A stretch of DNA of 64,000 nt from Raillietiella orientalis. Lineage: Eukaryota. The stretch is taken from positions 62,001 to 126,000 of the forward strand of contig JAYWIR010000014.1 of assembly GCA_036172245.1 (NCBI GenBank), given 5' to 3'. The notes beneath the pieces were generated by a model, which was given only the letters and a program-made list of their open reading frames with translations, had not been told where the DNA came from and searched no databases. Of this stretch, positions 1-14,139 are shown piece after piece. Positions within the stretch are counted from its first letter, which is position 1; each line of letters begins with the position of its first letter. Made by a program: the position numbers and the translations under genes.

Positions 1-1003
1 AAAGAGAACAATGGCACGAAGGCATCCTAATTCTGTACGATCCATGTTAATTTCTCTCATCTTCACAACAAGCTCAGAGAGCACTCTATCAAAAATAGTA
101 CCCACACCAGCTGCATGAGCAGACTCCCGATGCACTTGTAAACCATTGGCCAGAATGATGGCATCCTTGACTTCAACAGAACGGTGTGAAAAGGAAGCAA
201 TCAAGAGCTCATTCCAGCCAGCACGTAACAAAGCAACTTGATCTTCCAGGCATAAATCTAAGAAATGAGGAATATGCTTGGCCCATTCCACAAGTTGCAT
301 CAGCTGCCTATCAGCAGCTTGGCAGATGCTTGCCACAGCATCTGGACTAGCAATATCATCCAGTAACTCATCTTTCACTTCTGATCTTAATTCAGCCTCA
401 AGAATTTTCTCCAAGGACATGTCAGTTTGTGAGGAACTGGATTCCACCTCTGCATCAGTACGCTCTTTACGATGTCTCTCCTCCTGCATTGCAGATTAGC
501 AAGAGACACCCAATTGAGCAAGCACTGACAACCTGCACTGCCTCCCGTTTCATTCCCATCATTAGACACTTTTGGTAACGGCAATACTGGCACCGGTTGC
601 GCTGCCTCTTATCAATGACACACTGGCGATCTTCACGGCATGCATAGGTCAAGTCTTTTCTGACTGTGCGTTTGAAAAAGCCTTTGCAGCCTTCACAACT
701 GTATACACCATAATGTTTGCCACTGGCACGGTCTCCACAAATAGCACATAAATGTTTTGAACCAGACAGTGGATGATTAGGAGGATAACTCTGTTGCTGT
801 GGACTTCGACTACTACTTCCAGCTGTTCCAGGAGGTAGATAACCCAGGGGAAATCCTCCTTGGGAAACACTACCAGATGGGTTTGAAAAATACTTTACTC
901 ATCCCCACCTTGGAGAATTGGGTCCACTTCCTGCATAAGAAGAAGACAAGAGCGCTGGATCTGGTTTTAGTTCCAAAGGACTATGAGGACCCATTGAGGT
1001 CAT
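1..1003 (-). CDS. RXR: Retinoid X receptor / ultraspiracle nuclear receptor (NR2B4), 3' end truncated by window edge
   Basis: Exons 1003-909, 869-533 and 483-1 are joined by GT-AG introns (908-870, 532-484). They give [16 protein letters not shown]...[50 protein letters not shown]...KREAVQ|EER...[11 protein letters not shown]...[22 protein letters not shown]...[11 protein letters not shown]. These are the diagnostic RXR zinc fingers, T-box and ligand-binding domain. The start at 1003 is tentative because an upstream exon may exist. Confidence 0.97.
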
Positions 1004-4000
1004 TCTATATTATATGGAGCTTTAAATGAAAACCTGGATTATTAGATGTTCGACTTGAATAAAACATTCACAAAAATAATGCATCATGCAAAGGTGGTAC
1101 ATTGCTAGTTGCTATCAGTGCATGTGTTTGAAAAAAAGTATCATTGGAAATAGCCATTAAAGCTCTTAAGAGGATCACATTGAGCACTTGATGTAAAGCA
1201 TCAAATGCCAAATAATCACATAGAAAAAAGGGCAAAAACCCATTAATTACAAATCTCCTTTGGAAAAAGCACTCATAAACCAATCAATAACATCATAAAC
1301 ATTAGGGAAAAACTTGGAAAAAATAAGTACCAATGTTAAACCAGATGTTATATTTGTGAATAGCAATTTTGATGGATTCAGATTCTTTCTGGGGAACACG
1401 AAAGTTCTATCAACACCAACACATATGCTCCTCAAAGAAGGCTTTTAAAAAAATTCAGATCAAAATATGTGAATATCTGTTTTCTATATATTTACAGTCT
1501 CCAAATAAACAATATGTAATTGATATTGATGAAAGACCAAGCTGTTCTTATTTTCAAGTTTTAGCACATATATTATATGTATCAAGCTGGTTTTTTAGAT
1601 TACAGTGTACTCGTGTGTAAAATGATTATGTTCATTAAAGTTTGTTTCACTCGGTCTCATTTTTGGAATAACATACACTTGCTATTCCGAAAATAGCTCA
1701 AGTTTGCTACATTCTTTAATGGATGCTTACTCTTTGCTCACACTTCAATAGTACTTTTTTCTGAATATGATCTTTATAATTTTTTTCTTCTCCCTAACAT
1801 CATGTACCCATAGAATTGTCCATCTCTCCAATCATATTTACCTAAATAAAAAACAAATTTATAGAATACATAATCACTGTGAACTTCAGCCTATAAGTTT
1901 TTTCTATTAGCATTTTTTTAATGCAACACGCAAATAGATTTAAATGTAGTTCAGCACACAAATCTTCCAGTTATGCTTCAATAAAATCCACAGAACTAGA
2001 TTTCTTAAATACGCTAATGATTTACTCTCACATTTACGATGATAACGAAGCAATTATTATTATGATTACAAAGCCCACATAAAATTTGTAATTTTGTATT
2101 TCCACACACTACACAGTACTTCTCTATAGGTATTAACAATGTATAAGCAAGACCCACTAAAAAACACTTTCGATATGAAGTAAACTGGAGATTTATTTTT
2201 TTTCAAAACAAAAACTGAATACAAAGAAAATGAACTTGAAACGATACTGTCTGGCTCATACATAGTGAATACATGTATCGGTGCACAACTTAATTCATTT
2301 TTTCTAATTTTCTTTAAAATTGCACAATTATCAACTTTTTACACATGAAAATTAAAACAGCAACATTCTACATACTCTGACAGTGGAACAACGCAATTTT
2401 TAAATAATGAAACGGTCTGTTGAAGCACAAATTAATATTTTTTTACACGGCGGTTTGATCCAGCTGACATACTTGAAAATCAATTTTAAGCAATCGAACG
2501 ATATGTGACAGTGAAACGTAACTTTTCATAATTTGGAACACATCGAAAAGGGAAGGTTAAACATTTACAAAAGAAAAGTTTTCTTTTTTTCTACATCTCC
2601 TAAAAGGAAAGCAACCAACCAATTTCGTTTCTGTTCAACTCATTGTGCTCCCTTACAATTCCGAATGCAGACACAGACTTTTTCCACAAGAAACAACAAT
2701 CCTTATTTTTTTGATGATACTGCGCAGACAACATAATACTGCCGCCATTATTACGCTCGCTTACGTAAAACCCTCGATTTTACAACTCCCTTTTACCTGC
2801 ACCACACAACGCTACAACGATGGGTAACTGCAATGATGTATACAATGCACATTTTTCTGTGAGAGCACAATTCAGCTTACAGTAATGCATCTAGAGTGTC
2901 AGAATTTTAGTCGGGAAAGACCTTGCTGATATGATTGGAATTCGTAGACTTTTTGCAACATTAATGACCTTCATTTGCTGACATTACTGACGTTACCTTC
3001 ATTTCTGTGCTACGTTCCAGCTTCACAGTTCGCATCAGTGTACAGTTCAGGTTTAGTAATCTCATTAAAAGATTAAACATTTATCCCCTACAGAAATTCC
3101 AACTTCGCACGGAAGATGTTTCATCCCTAATCAACGGAATGCGTTTAAATTTCTTTCGTGCTAATGACCGAATCTGAAAAGTTTGGAGTTCATGAATTCA
3201 CACAAAAAAATTAATAAAATAAACAGCAGAGATATGAAGATATGCCTTGTTGCTGACGAATATTAGATATAGTATAGAATACAGTATAGACCATTTAGTT
3301 CCTAAAGAGGATAATCTGCAACTAAAGTTCAGTTACCATTATGGATGAAGTTTTGAAGTGGAAAGCTGTTATTTGAATGAGAGCGTTGGGTTGGCTTTGA
3401 TCATTTGATGAAAGAATACTTCGTTAACTGGTTATGGAAACTACTAGACTAGACTATCTATCTATCAAAGCTGGTGAATCCTGCAGTGCCATGATGAACA
3501 AATTTAAATAGTCTAATATTTTTTGAAAACACTAAATCAGCTTTTGTCGCTTGAGATACGCATTTCGAAGCACACGGTTTCCCCTTAATCATACGCGAGA
3601 CATAAACCTCTCTAAAGATATCTATATTATATATTTACAAAATTAATTTTCTCATCTGTGACTACAAATCTGATTCGAATACTAGGACAATTATTGTTTA
3701 GTACTTTAAAGAATTTAAACCCTCCAATGTCATGTTTACCAGCATTCTCATTCCTACATATGCGTATAAAAAGTTCAAAAGCTTTGCTTTCTAACTTTGT
3801 GTTGCAATTTTTTTAATTTTTATTTTTAATAGAATGTCCTTACAAATCAGTGCTTCTCTGTCTCTAAATTCTGAAGTGATCTAGCGTGAAAATTCTAAAG
3901 GTTTACTTGAATATTTGTTTTTACATTACTGAATAGATGAATGGTATAAGCGAATTCATTCATGCGCGGATTTTCAAATTCATTTTCATGGAAAAATTTC

Positions 4001-7000
4001 TTTGGTATACTTGAATTTTTCGCAATATAATTTCTGAACACTTTCACTTCTGAGCAGTTTTGATTTCTTCAGGCTTGATTGCATCCTTCCCTTGACAGAA
4101 TAAAATGCTGGTTCTTCAGTCTCCTGGGCTTTTGAAGATCGAAGTTATTTTGTACTGAATTTATACATCTATTCTCGCTCATTTTATTTTCACACTCAGC
4201 TTTCCTATATCCTTACAAATATTTAAATTATAATAGCTTTTAATTTGTCTTCGTAGACCTGATTAACACTTTGTGAGATATCTCATCGATTCCTGGGATG
4301 AAAATTCTCATTTCAACATTTATTCTGAAAATCAGATTATGACAGCTTCCTCCGATTTGGATTATATTGAAATTGGTATTAACATATCCATGTGCATATT
4401 AATGTCCATTTCCTGGGAGATGTACAAAGAAGCGAACATTTCTCAGAAATTGGGAAAAAGACATTAAACATCTAAGAAGTTGAGAAATTTAGCTTTCATA
4501 ATTTCTAGAAGACTTCTACATATGTTTTTCTTCCAGTTCTATGCCTTATATCTGTTCGAATTGGTTCTTCTTGTGAGGTAATAAATAGAAACCATCGCGA
4601 TAGACTGTTGTCCTGTTACTTGTGTTACCGTTGCACAATTTTTGCCATTTGTGGAGAGAATATACTTTTTGTGTAAGGTTAGCATCATTTTCCCTCTTGC
4701 TTATGTCATTTATTTCTTTTTGTTTCGTTTTTTGCAATACAATGGAATTCAACAAATATCAGTTCTGTATTTTCTGGTTCAACTCAGCTTTGTTTATGGT
4801 GTCTTATTTTCGAATTAAGTCTACTTCTGTGATCTTTCGGTTTCATCTATCAGGCAAATAGAAAAACTGCCTATATGTCCTCCATGTTTTGTTCTTAGTG
4901 TATCCTCTATGAATACACCACATTTGCTTTTATTAATTTATCTTTTTCCATTTTGAAGTTTTCAGTATGTTGCACATTGATTACACTGTGCATGCTCAAA
5001 CGTAGCTAAATAAAAATTTGTGATTGTCATTCATATTGTTTTATTATGCTATTTGAGATCATAAAAAGTAGAAATCTTCGAATTCTTGGCATTTTATAAA
5101 TTGGATTAATAATGTTGAGGTTAGCAAGTCTACCGATGATCAGTTTACATAAGAATTATCATTCCACCAAAGTTATTGTTGGAAAATAGAACTGTTGCAC
5201 AAATGCTTTCATCTATTTTTTTTTATCTGTTTCTATATCGCTACTTATGGTTTCTATGCGCTTCAAAAATTTCATTTTCTCGAAAGATTAAATTGCATAC
5301 ATTACTGATTCAGCTTACAAGGTGGTGGCTTCACAGTGAGTACAAAAAAACTTAAGCATAATTATGTTTCCTACAATAAGTCTTTGTACATTAGCACTAC
5401 TAATATACTTTGTGTGTATACAAATTTCTTTTGTCACCAAGCATGGTGAAATTTTGCATAGTCTCCGAACAGAAAAATTTATTTCACTTTGCTTCTGTAG
5501 TTGCAAATTGAGAATCAAGACTTTCAACACATTATTGATTCTATGGTTTAAATACGATTTAAATGGTTCAGTAGCGATGGCCATTAGCAATGCGTTTTAC
5601 TACTTCAGTTTACGGTTATCCTGTTGGCTATGAGGCCTTTTTTCTCATGATATACTCATGTATAATTCTATGAACTGTTTATCAGTTCATAGAACTACAT
5701 ACATATACATCTATCTATGCTTCATACTATATTATATGCTATACTACTTTATACTATGCTATATACTTTATACTATTATATTTATCTAAATTATAAAACT
5801 GTTGAGCACTTTTTCAAATTTGAGTCATTTTGCACCTTGCTATCATCAAGTGCGATGCTTTTATCCATGAAATTGCATGTTTGAAATTTAAACATATCCT
5901 TACATGAAGCTTCGCTGCTTGCCTTTTACTTTTTTCATTACATTTATCTTATACAAAATTCACTAGAAAATTCAACGCGCAAATCTTTACAAAAATTTAA
6001 CTCTATTATTTCCTCAAATCATTGGATTGTAATTTTCATATTTGTGTGAATTTATGCTTGCATGTGTGACAGCCATATTATATCTGCTCTTCGTCTACCA
6101 CAGTGTTGGTTTAAGTGCTACCATATTTTCTACAGCAAAGCCTATGTGAGACACGATGCACATTCTTCGAAAGATATTTATGCATGTTCGTTTCGTATTT
6201 TCTTATCATTAATGATTAAATTTTGACTTATTTAATTTTGAATTTGCCAACTTTCGCTTTAATTTTAGGGGTACTTCCTTTTTCACTTCAGCACCCAAAT
6301 AAACCCTCTATTGATCCATGTCTTTTGTGCAGTTGTTTGGTGTGCAGTCTTATTTACTTTTTGAAGAAAGTTTGAGCTTCTTTGTTTCTCCAAATTTGTA
6401 CTTTTTCCTAATGTTTCTATCGAATCCAAGTTCCATTCCAAGTTTCCTGCTTCATTATTCAAGAATCAAAGAATGGATTTGCACTATATACCTTGATTAA
6501 AAACATTACATGATATTATATGCACTTTTAGTACTGTATCCAAGAATATTCAAGAATTAGTAAGTAATATCCAAGAATCGGATATTCTTGGATGACCAGT
6601 ATTCTCGCATATTGAATTCTTAGTGCACTTGTTGCTTAATCATTCGTACCCATTATGTACTGTTGGCATGAGAACCTAAAGGACCAAGTAAACTGAACAG
6701 CATAATTTATTTTCGATTGTCTAATGAAAGGGAAAAAAAAGGCGTAATACGATCCATTAATAGTCATACAATTTGCTTCACTTTTTAAATATTTCTACGA
6801 AAACATTTGTTTGCAATATTTGGGACATTTGAGTCTTGAAATAAGGATTGCTGTAGCGATAACCTACAGGTATATTTTCATAGTATTTTTCTGCAAAAGA
6901 TGTTCTCTAACACACACTTCTGTTCCGATTGTTCGCTATGTCCTAAATTCAAAAGGATGTTGAATATTCATGTTTTCGCTGAGTTTTTTTTTTTTTTAAT

Positions 7001-7109
7001 TAGATATAATATCTGAATATGTAGAATTGCAGAATAAGCTACAAAATTTGTGAAAATAACTCATTCCTGTTCTTTTTTCCTTCAAAAATGGCTTTTTATC
7101 ATATCAGAT

Positions 7110-10100
7110 TACTGAAGTAATAATATGAATGAATCAGAAATGTCATCAGAACTGGATTTGGAAACTGAAGAATCTGATGAAGAAATTAGTGATTATGGAG
7201 AACAGAGCGAAGAAGATAGTTCTTCAGAAGCATTATTATTTGATGAGAATGAAGTCAAATACATTGCCGTATCACTAAATATCTTTTTATTTTCACTTAC
7301 AGTTGTCCTTCTTGTAATGATATATTTTAAAAGACAGGAATTGGCTGTCTTCCGAAAGGAAGGTGTTCTCAAGGACTTTTCTCTGGTAAACTTTTGCAAT
7401 CCTTTAGACTTACTCCAGCGAATTAAGCAACAATAGTCAGTTAAAGAAATGATTGCATCTTTAATCTCGTGAACAAACTGCTCGTTGTTTGTGAGTTACG
7501 TGCTGCAGAATTCCGTTTATTTAAGGGGTGCATTGATTAAGTGAATTAAACAAAGTTCTCAGTGACCTAATCTTTATTGCTAAAAGCCTTAAATGGAATA
7601 TTTTGATTGTATGATATACCTTTCGTAATCTGAAGACACTTTAGTCAGGAAAACATACTGCTCTTTACTTTGATGTTTCTGCAAATGCTCTCATATCAAA
7701 TCGTTTTACTTTCTTGTGGATACTCTCAGCTTATTAATTTGTTCAGCAGACCAGTTTTCTGTAAGGTATATAGCAGCTCTTTTTTTCATTATGCAGTAAT
7801 AAGAAATGAAGACACGCGACCAAATGTTTTGTACGTGTGTTTTCCAAAGTAAACCAAGGAAGCCTTTGTCTTATCATTACTTCTAAAGTTAATGAAGGAA
7901 ACTGGTTCGATTCACATACTAAAATAAATGAAGCGTGCATCAATAAACTTGTCTTTTTAAAAAATTCATTTCGTATCGAGAAATAGGACTCGATCTCATT
8001 CACAGAATTTTCTTCAAACTCTTTACAGTATATTTAACTGAAAAAGCATTCTGGTTCTCGAAAGAAAAAAGATATGAATCGAAAGGTGTTTTCAGTTGGA
8101 AAATAACGCTCTCGAAATTCTAGCAGCAGCATTCCAGAAATATGGAAGCAAGATTGGATGATCTCTTGTGAGTTGAATTGTGAGTTCCAGAAGAGTAAAA
8201 TAAATCTTTGAAGGTTGAAGTGATTTCTAAAAGTCATAAATGCGAAAAGGTTGAGAAATCGATAACATCCGTGTGGAAATTAACGTTGAGATACTAAAGT
8301 AGCTCATGATTGTAAAAGTAGACACAGACGTCTTCTAAGATGCATTCTTCATTGCATATCCTCAGCATCGGCAAAGGATGTGAATTCATGTATCGTTCAC
8401 GTCTGTGATATATATGCAATTTACCTTCAAAGGGCAACAACAGTAAACCCATAAAAGGAAATATTCGACAGAATGTAGCACATACAGAGTATGAGTGCCA
8501 TCATTAGCCCCGTTAGAATTTCCATCACAATTTCTGCTGTTTTGGGCTCAAGCACAATGAGGATGTGAATGATGAGTGAATCAGAAATGGAAACGAGTTA
8601 GTCATTCATGGAAACTATGGGTTCATCTGGGTTGAAGTTACATGATTTGGGGCATGACTGACCATGACTGGTCTGGTTCTGTGGGTGATGGTGCGATGTG
8701 TGACCTCTAAGATTGAAGTATCTGAAAATTTCTCGCAAACATATATTTAAGAATAAGTTTCATCCGGTTGCTATGCCACCGAGAGAATAATGGAAGGCAT
8801 CTGTATTGAATTACTTAAGATAGTCTGAAGAAGCATTAGTCTGAAGTAAGCATTCTGGCATTGTTTTGGACCAATGACCAATGACCTTGCCTTGCTCATT
8901 GTGTTTATTTTGCAAATACAGAGTCCTAAAATAAACTCGGGGAAGCTACGATCAATGCTAATCTAGCTGGTTGCCATAGGTAATCAACATTCCTTTGTTC
9001 GAAGAACTCAGAACAAGGAATGCTTGTTGGGAAGAGAATTCGTCGCACACTCGGTGCCAAAATTTGCAATCGTGCAGCCGAAAGAATCATTCATGCGTAG
9101 AATAAACACTTCGTCGTGACGAACGACAAATACTTCTGGGAAGATAGCTGTGCAGCAAGACACTGTATTAGAGGAGAGAAAAATAAGGATGCCTCAGTCT
9201 AATTGTTGCCCTAGTATCTAGTTGCCCTATACGAATCATGCCATACTTTAGAGCACGTGGCAGTCCTGTCACTGTGTTCATGAAAACAGGCATGTGATCC
9301 AGATCCAGATATCAGTCTTTTGTATCCATTCACATGGATAGAAAAGACTGAATCTGGATACGTAAATTGGTTGTTTGTATGTATAGGAAAGAATTCTAGA
9401 CGCAAATAACTGAGCGCCTTCGAGCATTCTTCATGAAGATGATATTCACACAATATTCGTTCAAAAGCAGTAGAGAGTTCAAGGATCTCTAAGGAAGGAA
9501 AAAGTAATCAAACCAAAACTGGGAGAACTCAGAAAAAGAAATTATCAAAGATAAGGAATGAAGGATCTGAGAATGAGCAAGGAACGAAAAAAAAGAGTAC
9601 CTTCAGTATGAACAGACATCAGAGTGGTCCTGACTAAATGGCATGGTAGCAAATTGTTTCATATATTTAAGCATTCATGTGACTATCTATTTGTTCTTAG
9701 AAATACTGCCCGTGATCCTACAGAAGCATCATAGGAAACAGGACGAAATTATTTTTGCAACTGATAAAGAAATAAAAAGCAAAAGATCTTTTGAGAAATG
9801 GAGAATGTGCGAACTGGATCCAAAAGGTTGGTAAAAAAAAAAAATCAGCAGCAAGATGACTTCGGAGTTGCATTCACGATGACATCACCTCTTGTGAAAT
9901 CTTAATGGCTATCCTGCGAATACAGTGGATTTGAGTGGAACGAGGAGGCAGCTTCTAAGGGAGCAAGTTAAGTGTAGCCCCCAAAGCAGTTGGCACCAAG
10001 CTGAGCGTACGGAATATTCTGTAGTTTCGTCACACGTACTCAGAATCGAAAAGGGTTGGCTCACACTCGTAAAAAATACGAGACAGAAACCAAGCTTAGC

Positions 10101-12352
10101 ATCAGAGAAACCTATGAGGGGCTCTCCCCTATGGCGTCCCCGAGGATGACTTTTTTTCTTCTTTTGCTAGTCGCGGAAGTTCATTCATGAAATAATAACA
10201 AATGATGGAACCTCATCAAAGAATTTGTTGTCATGCCGGAGCATCATCCGAAATGGGTTCCTCTTAAGAATTTAGTTCTTATCGTAGCTCAGGGACGCTG
10301 ACGCAGTGAATAGGAAGACGAACAGGAAAAAATGCCATTCTTTTGAGCTTACTTATTAGTCGGTACTTAATAGAATGATGGGGATAAAGACGTTTGACTG
10401 TCCTTCGAAAATTAGCGTGAAGGCTTCGCTTTGTGTCCTGGAAGCATCGAAAGAACTTCATAGTAATGGATTCCGGTAAGTAATCATTTGATTCAGTACT
10501 TAGAAGGCAAGAAAAACCAGCATCATTTGAACATGATTTTTGCGAAACGGTCCGTACTCTGAGGGACGCCTCAGAATTCATTCTGGTTGGTAGAAACAAG
10601 AAAAGACAGAATGCAAAGCTCAGGGAGTCTCGTCTTTTGACGTAATGGTACATAAAAAAAATAAAAGTAAATAATTGGGAAAAGAGTAAGGACACATGCC
10701 TTCCAGCTAAATCACAAGAAAAATCTAATAGGTCATTCCTCAAGTAGACTAAGGATGCAACCAAGGCTGCAGTGGCAGCTTGGAGGAGGGACTTCGGGAG
10801 ATGTATGGTAAATGCAAAAGCGGCGCACCTGTCGATTCTTGGCTACCAAGTGAACCACTCCGAAAGAGTAGAGGCATTTGTCTGCTATACTCGAGAGGTG
10901 CGAGATCTGCAACACTAAGCCGGAAACTTCGGGAACTTGCAGGATCCCTTTCCTCATTTCCAGGTAATCGAAGTAGATGCCGTTGGAAAAAAATCGGAGG
11001 AAAGTAACGTCGGAGTGCCTCAGGCATCATAAAGAGGACGATAGAGAAGATTCTACAAGAGCGGGAAGAGAGTTACATTTAATCCAAGCAGAGTGCAGGA
11101 TAGATTTTCCAGCCGGGAAGGAGGTAAAAGATGGATTACGCCACAACGGCGTTCACGAAATTAGGGAAAGCAACCTGTGATCAGGCACTCTCACTCTTAT
11201 TCAGAAAGACTAAAGAGAGATGAGGTTTCGACAGTCTCGGCATGGCTGAGTAAACAAAAGCTTTAAGGAAAGTGTGGAAAGTTTCGACTCGGAAGAAGGA
11301 GGCACGAACAAATATGGCGGAGAGGACATGCAGGTCGAATTTCAGAAATGCGAGCAGTGTAACAGGAATGAAACTCACAAAAGGTCTTCCACCTCTCAAG
11401 AAATAAGGCTCACGAAACAAGCGAGAGGGAAAGATCCGGAAGCTTTGGGTATTTTGACTAATTTTCTTTACTGCTTCCCACACAGAGTACTGCGATCCAA
11501 ACTTCGAATCAGGATTTGGAAGAACTCTGTTCTGCAAGCCCCACGGAGCGTATCTCGTGCACCTGATGATGGCAGAGGGAAGCGATACCAACAAGCAGTT
11601 CGAATCCAAGATCAATCACTGTACGGATGCTACCTCAGATATGACGTCAAGGACCGTTTTGGCCTAGCGAATTTTGAGCGAGGTGCACTTAGATGGAATG
11701 ATATGCAATGAGATGGAGTGTGTCGATTGCCAAGTAGGGTGAACCAGTGGTTGTTGTTCCGTATTGACTTCGGGACTCCAGATGGAAGCCTGAAGGAAAT
11801 ACAAAAATCAACGATGTAGCGGAAGCAATGCCTTCATCCAAGACGGAAAGACGGAATCCATCCATATTTGACACGAAGAACCGCATGGGCCCTGGTCTCG
11901 TAGCAAACGAGAGCTGTCCTGGGACTCCCGTATGAGATATTACAGGCACACACACAAAAACTCAAGTGCTCAATTAAGAACGACCATTTCTCATGGTGCG
12001 CCACGGTTTTCCTAACGTTCTCTGTGCGGATTGTAACGAATGAGAATTCTACAGCCGCATGCACGCGCCCTGCCGTTGAACACGAAGCACACGCTAGTGG
12101 AGATCCATCTGCTGATACATCCAGCAGAAGGATCAGATACATTTGAAAGACGGAGACATAGTCGCTCTGCAGCTTCAGGTGTTGGATGCACACGATCCCA
12201 ATCCAGAACGAACGCACAAGGTTTTTTTGACCATGGTATTCTCCCAAGAATGTTTTTTTTCCATCCAAGGGTCTGCTCGAGTGGGAGTAGACTCGAGGAG
12301 CGAATTGCGAATTAGACTGATTCTGGGCAGACATCCACAGAATGAACAGTGA
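7110..12352 (+). pseudogene. Decayed or unresolved gene-like region of unknown family
   Basis: An acidic exon-like block at 7125-7253 (MNESEMSSELDLETEESDEE...) and splice-like boundaries (e.g. acag|GAATTG...CTG|gtaaac near 7338-7385) are followed by moderately GC-rich, protein-like stretches at about 9900-12350 broken by stops and frameshifts. No family recognised. Confidence 0.3.
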
Positions 12353-12379
12353 ATCACTAACAGATGCGTAATGCTAACG

Positions 12380-13630
12380 GGTCTGGTATAGAATCTCGAA
12401 CTTCCAAACCAAAGTTCCGAAAGATCTTAAAAACAAATACGTGTTAAATATATACATACATATATACTCACATTTAGATCTTATAAAGATTATAAAAAAC
12501 ATATATATTTATTAAGTGTACGAATGTATATGTTTATGTATTAATTAATATGCAAATTTATTTTAACGTTCGTATTTATTAAGTTTTATTAACATGCACA
12601 TTATCAGTATAATTTATAATATCTTCAATACATAAGATATATATATTTGTATATAGATTAATATAGATTGTAAAATATATAAAAATACATATATGTTTAT
12701 TATATACATTAACATATTTATGTATAAATTCATGTTATTAAGGTGATGATATATATTTTTAGTATAGACACTAATATAATTATATATGTGATAAACATAT
12801 TATCAATTAAATTAGTGTCTATAATAAATTATAAATACAGAATAAAGATTATAGAAAATGAATACATATATTTATTTTATATATTAATATGTATATTGAT
12901 ATATGAATTCACGTATAGGCTGATACATAGGTTAATATAGATTCGAAAGTTTATAAAAAGTAAATATATATGCCTTCTATGTATACTGATGTATATATTT
13001 CTATATAGATGCAACTTAAGTTCAACACACATATTTATTAATACATTTAATAATATGTAGTGATGTATATTATTATTTATTAAATGTTATAAAAATATGT
13101 GTTGTGATATAAATATGTGCATTATAATACAAATATACATTCATATTATAATAAATATTAACCTTTATGCATATGATACATATATATGAAATGAACGTAT
13201 AAACAACGAATGACAAACATAGTCATCGAAGGTCAAAATTCCGAAAATACAATGCATCATTTAGTAAGCAAGTTTCGTTTATTGAATGTTGGAAATAATA
13301 AGAAAATGAAATACAAAATTTCTTTTTTTCTTTTTTTTAATTTGTTTTCTTTTTCATGTTTTCCACTATTTTTAATTGCTGCTGTTGCTTTTCTTTTTTT
13401 AGAATTCGATATTTATATATTCATTTCATACATACTTATTGTACACATAAATGCACCTAAATAGATACATTGAAGTATGTAATGACATATATATGTATTT
13501 TCATAATCTTTAATATATGTTAATAACATATTGATACATATTTTTAATTATATGTATAATTATTTGTATAAATATGTATGCTAGAATCAAACTGTATGAG
13601 CTCTCTCTCTCTCTATATATATATATATAT
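12380..13630. repeat. Extremely AT-rich degenerate repeat block ending in a (CT)n(AT)n microsatellite
   Basis: Recurring motifs TATAAAGATTATAAAAA and TTAATATGCAAATTTATTTTAAC are shared with 38620-39320 and 57120-57300. The left flank carries TCTGGTATAGAATCTCGAAC and AAAGTTCCGAAAGATC, resembling the inverted-repeat motif at 38597/39362. Confidence 0.7.
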
Positions 13631-14139
13631 GAATTATCTCAGGGGAAGTGTTGCGCCTCTTAACTTGATGTGTGGTGAACATCAGATGAACATTTCCCGG
13701 AGTGCTTGAGCCATGTTGCTATTCTGAAGGCCACCTGAACCCAAGAACGCGCCGCAGTCACTAAATTTGAATTGCACGTCTCAGTCGACGATGACTTCAG
13801 ATACGTTAGATTCGCGTGAGAACACCAAACTCTGCTTCCTCGTGTCCTCTCCAAGACATGTCTACCCTCTTCGATTAGCTCACGACTGCTTTACTGACGA
13901 ACTGCTGCTCTAGGAAAATCGCAGTCTCGGCATTCCTTTTTTAGAAGCAAGGAGTCAGTGAGCTGACTGCGGCTGTTCAGATGCACGGAGTTTGTACACG
14001 TTCCCTTGCTTTCTTTGAGGTTTTCCTCTTTAGCAAAAATGCACGCTGCTTTTCTCCAGAATCATTTACTATGAAGCGCCCAAGTTTACTTCAGATTTTA
14101 CTGCTAAGAATAAAAAAAGATCACAAAACTTCCTTTTTA

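Noticed and set aside
6537..6593. Repeated ATCCAAGAAT with one inverted copy forming a small hairpin
   Set aside because: Short and irregularly spaced in AT-rich DNA. It is not a CRISPR-like array and no function can be supported.
11594..11610. GTTCGAATCC B-box-like sequence suggesting a tRNA
   Set aside because: No cloverleaf or acceptor stem, and it lies in the decayed coding-like tract.
13751..13973. TGACTGCGGC twice (inverted) upstream of the GST as an antioxidant response element
   Set aside because: The spacing is TGAC-n4-GC, not the canonical TGACnnnGC, and two 10-mers are weak evidence.
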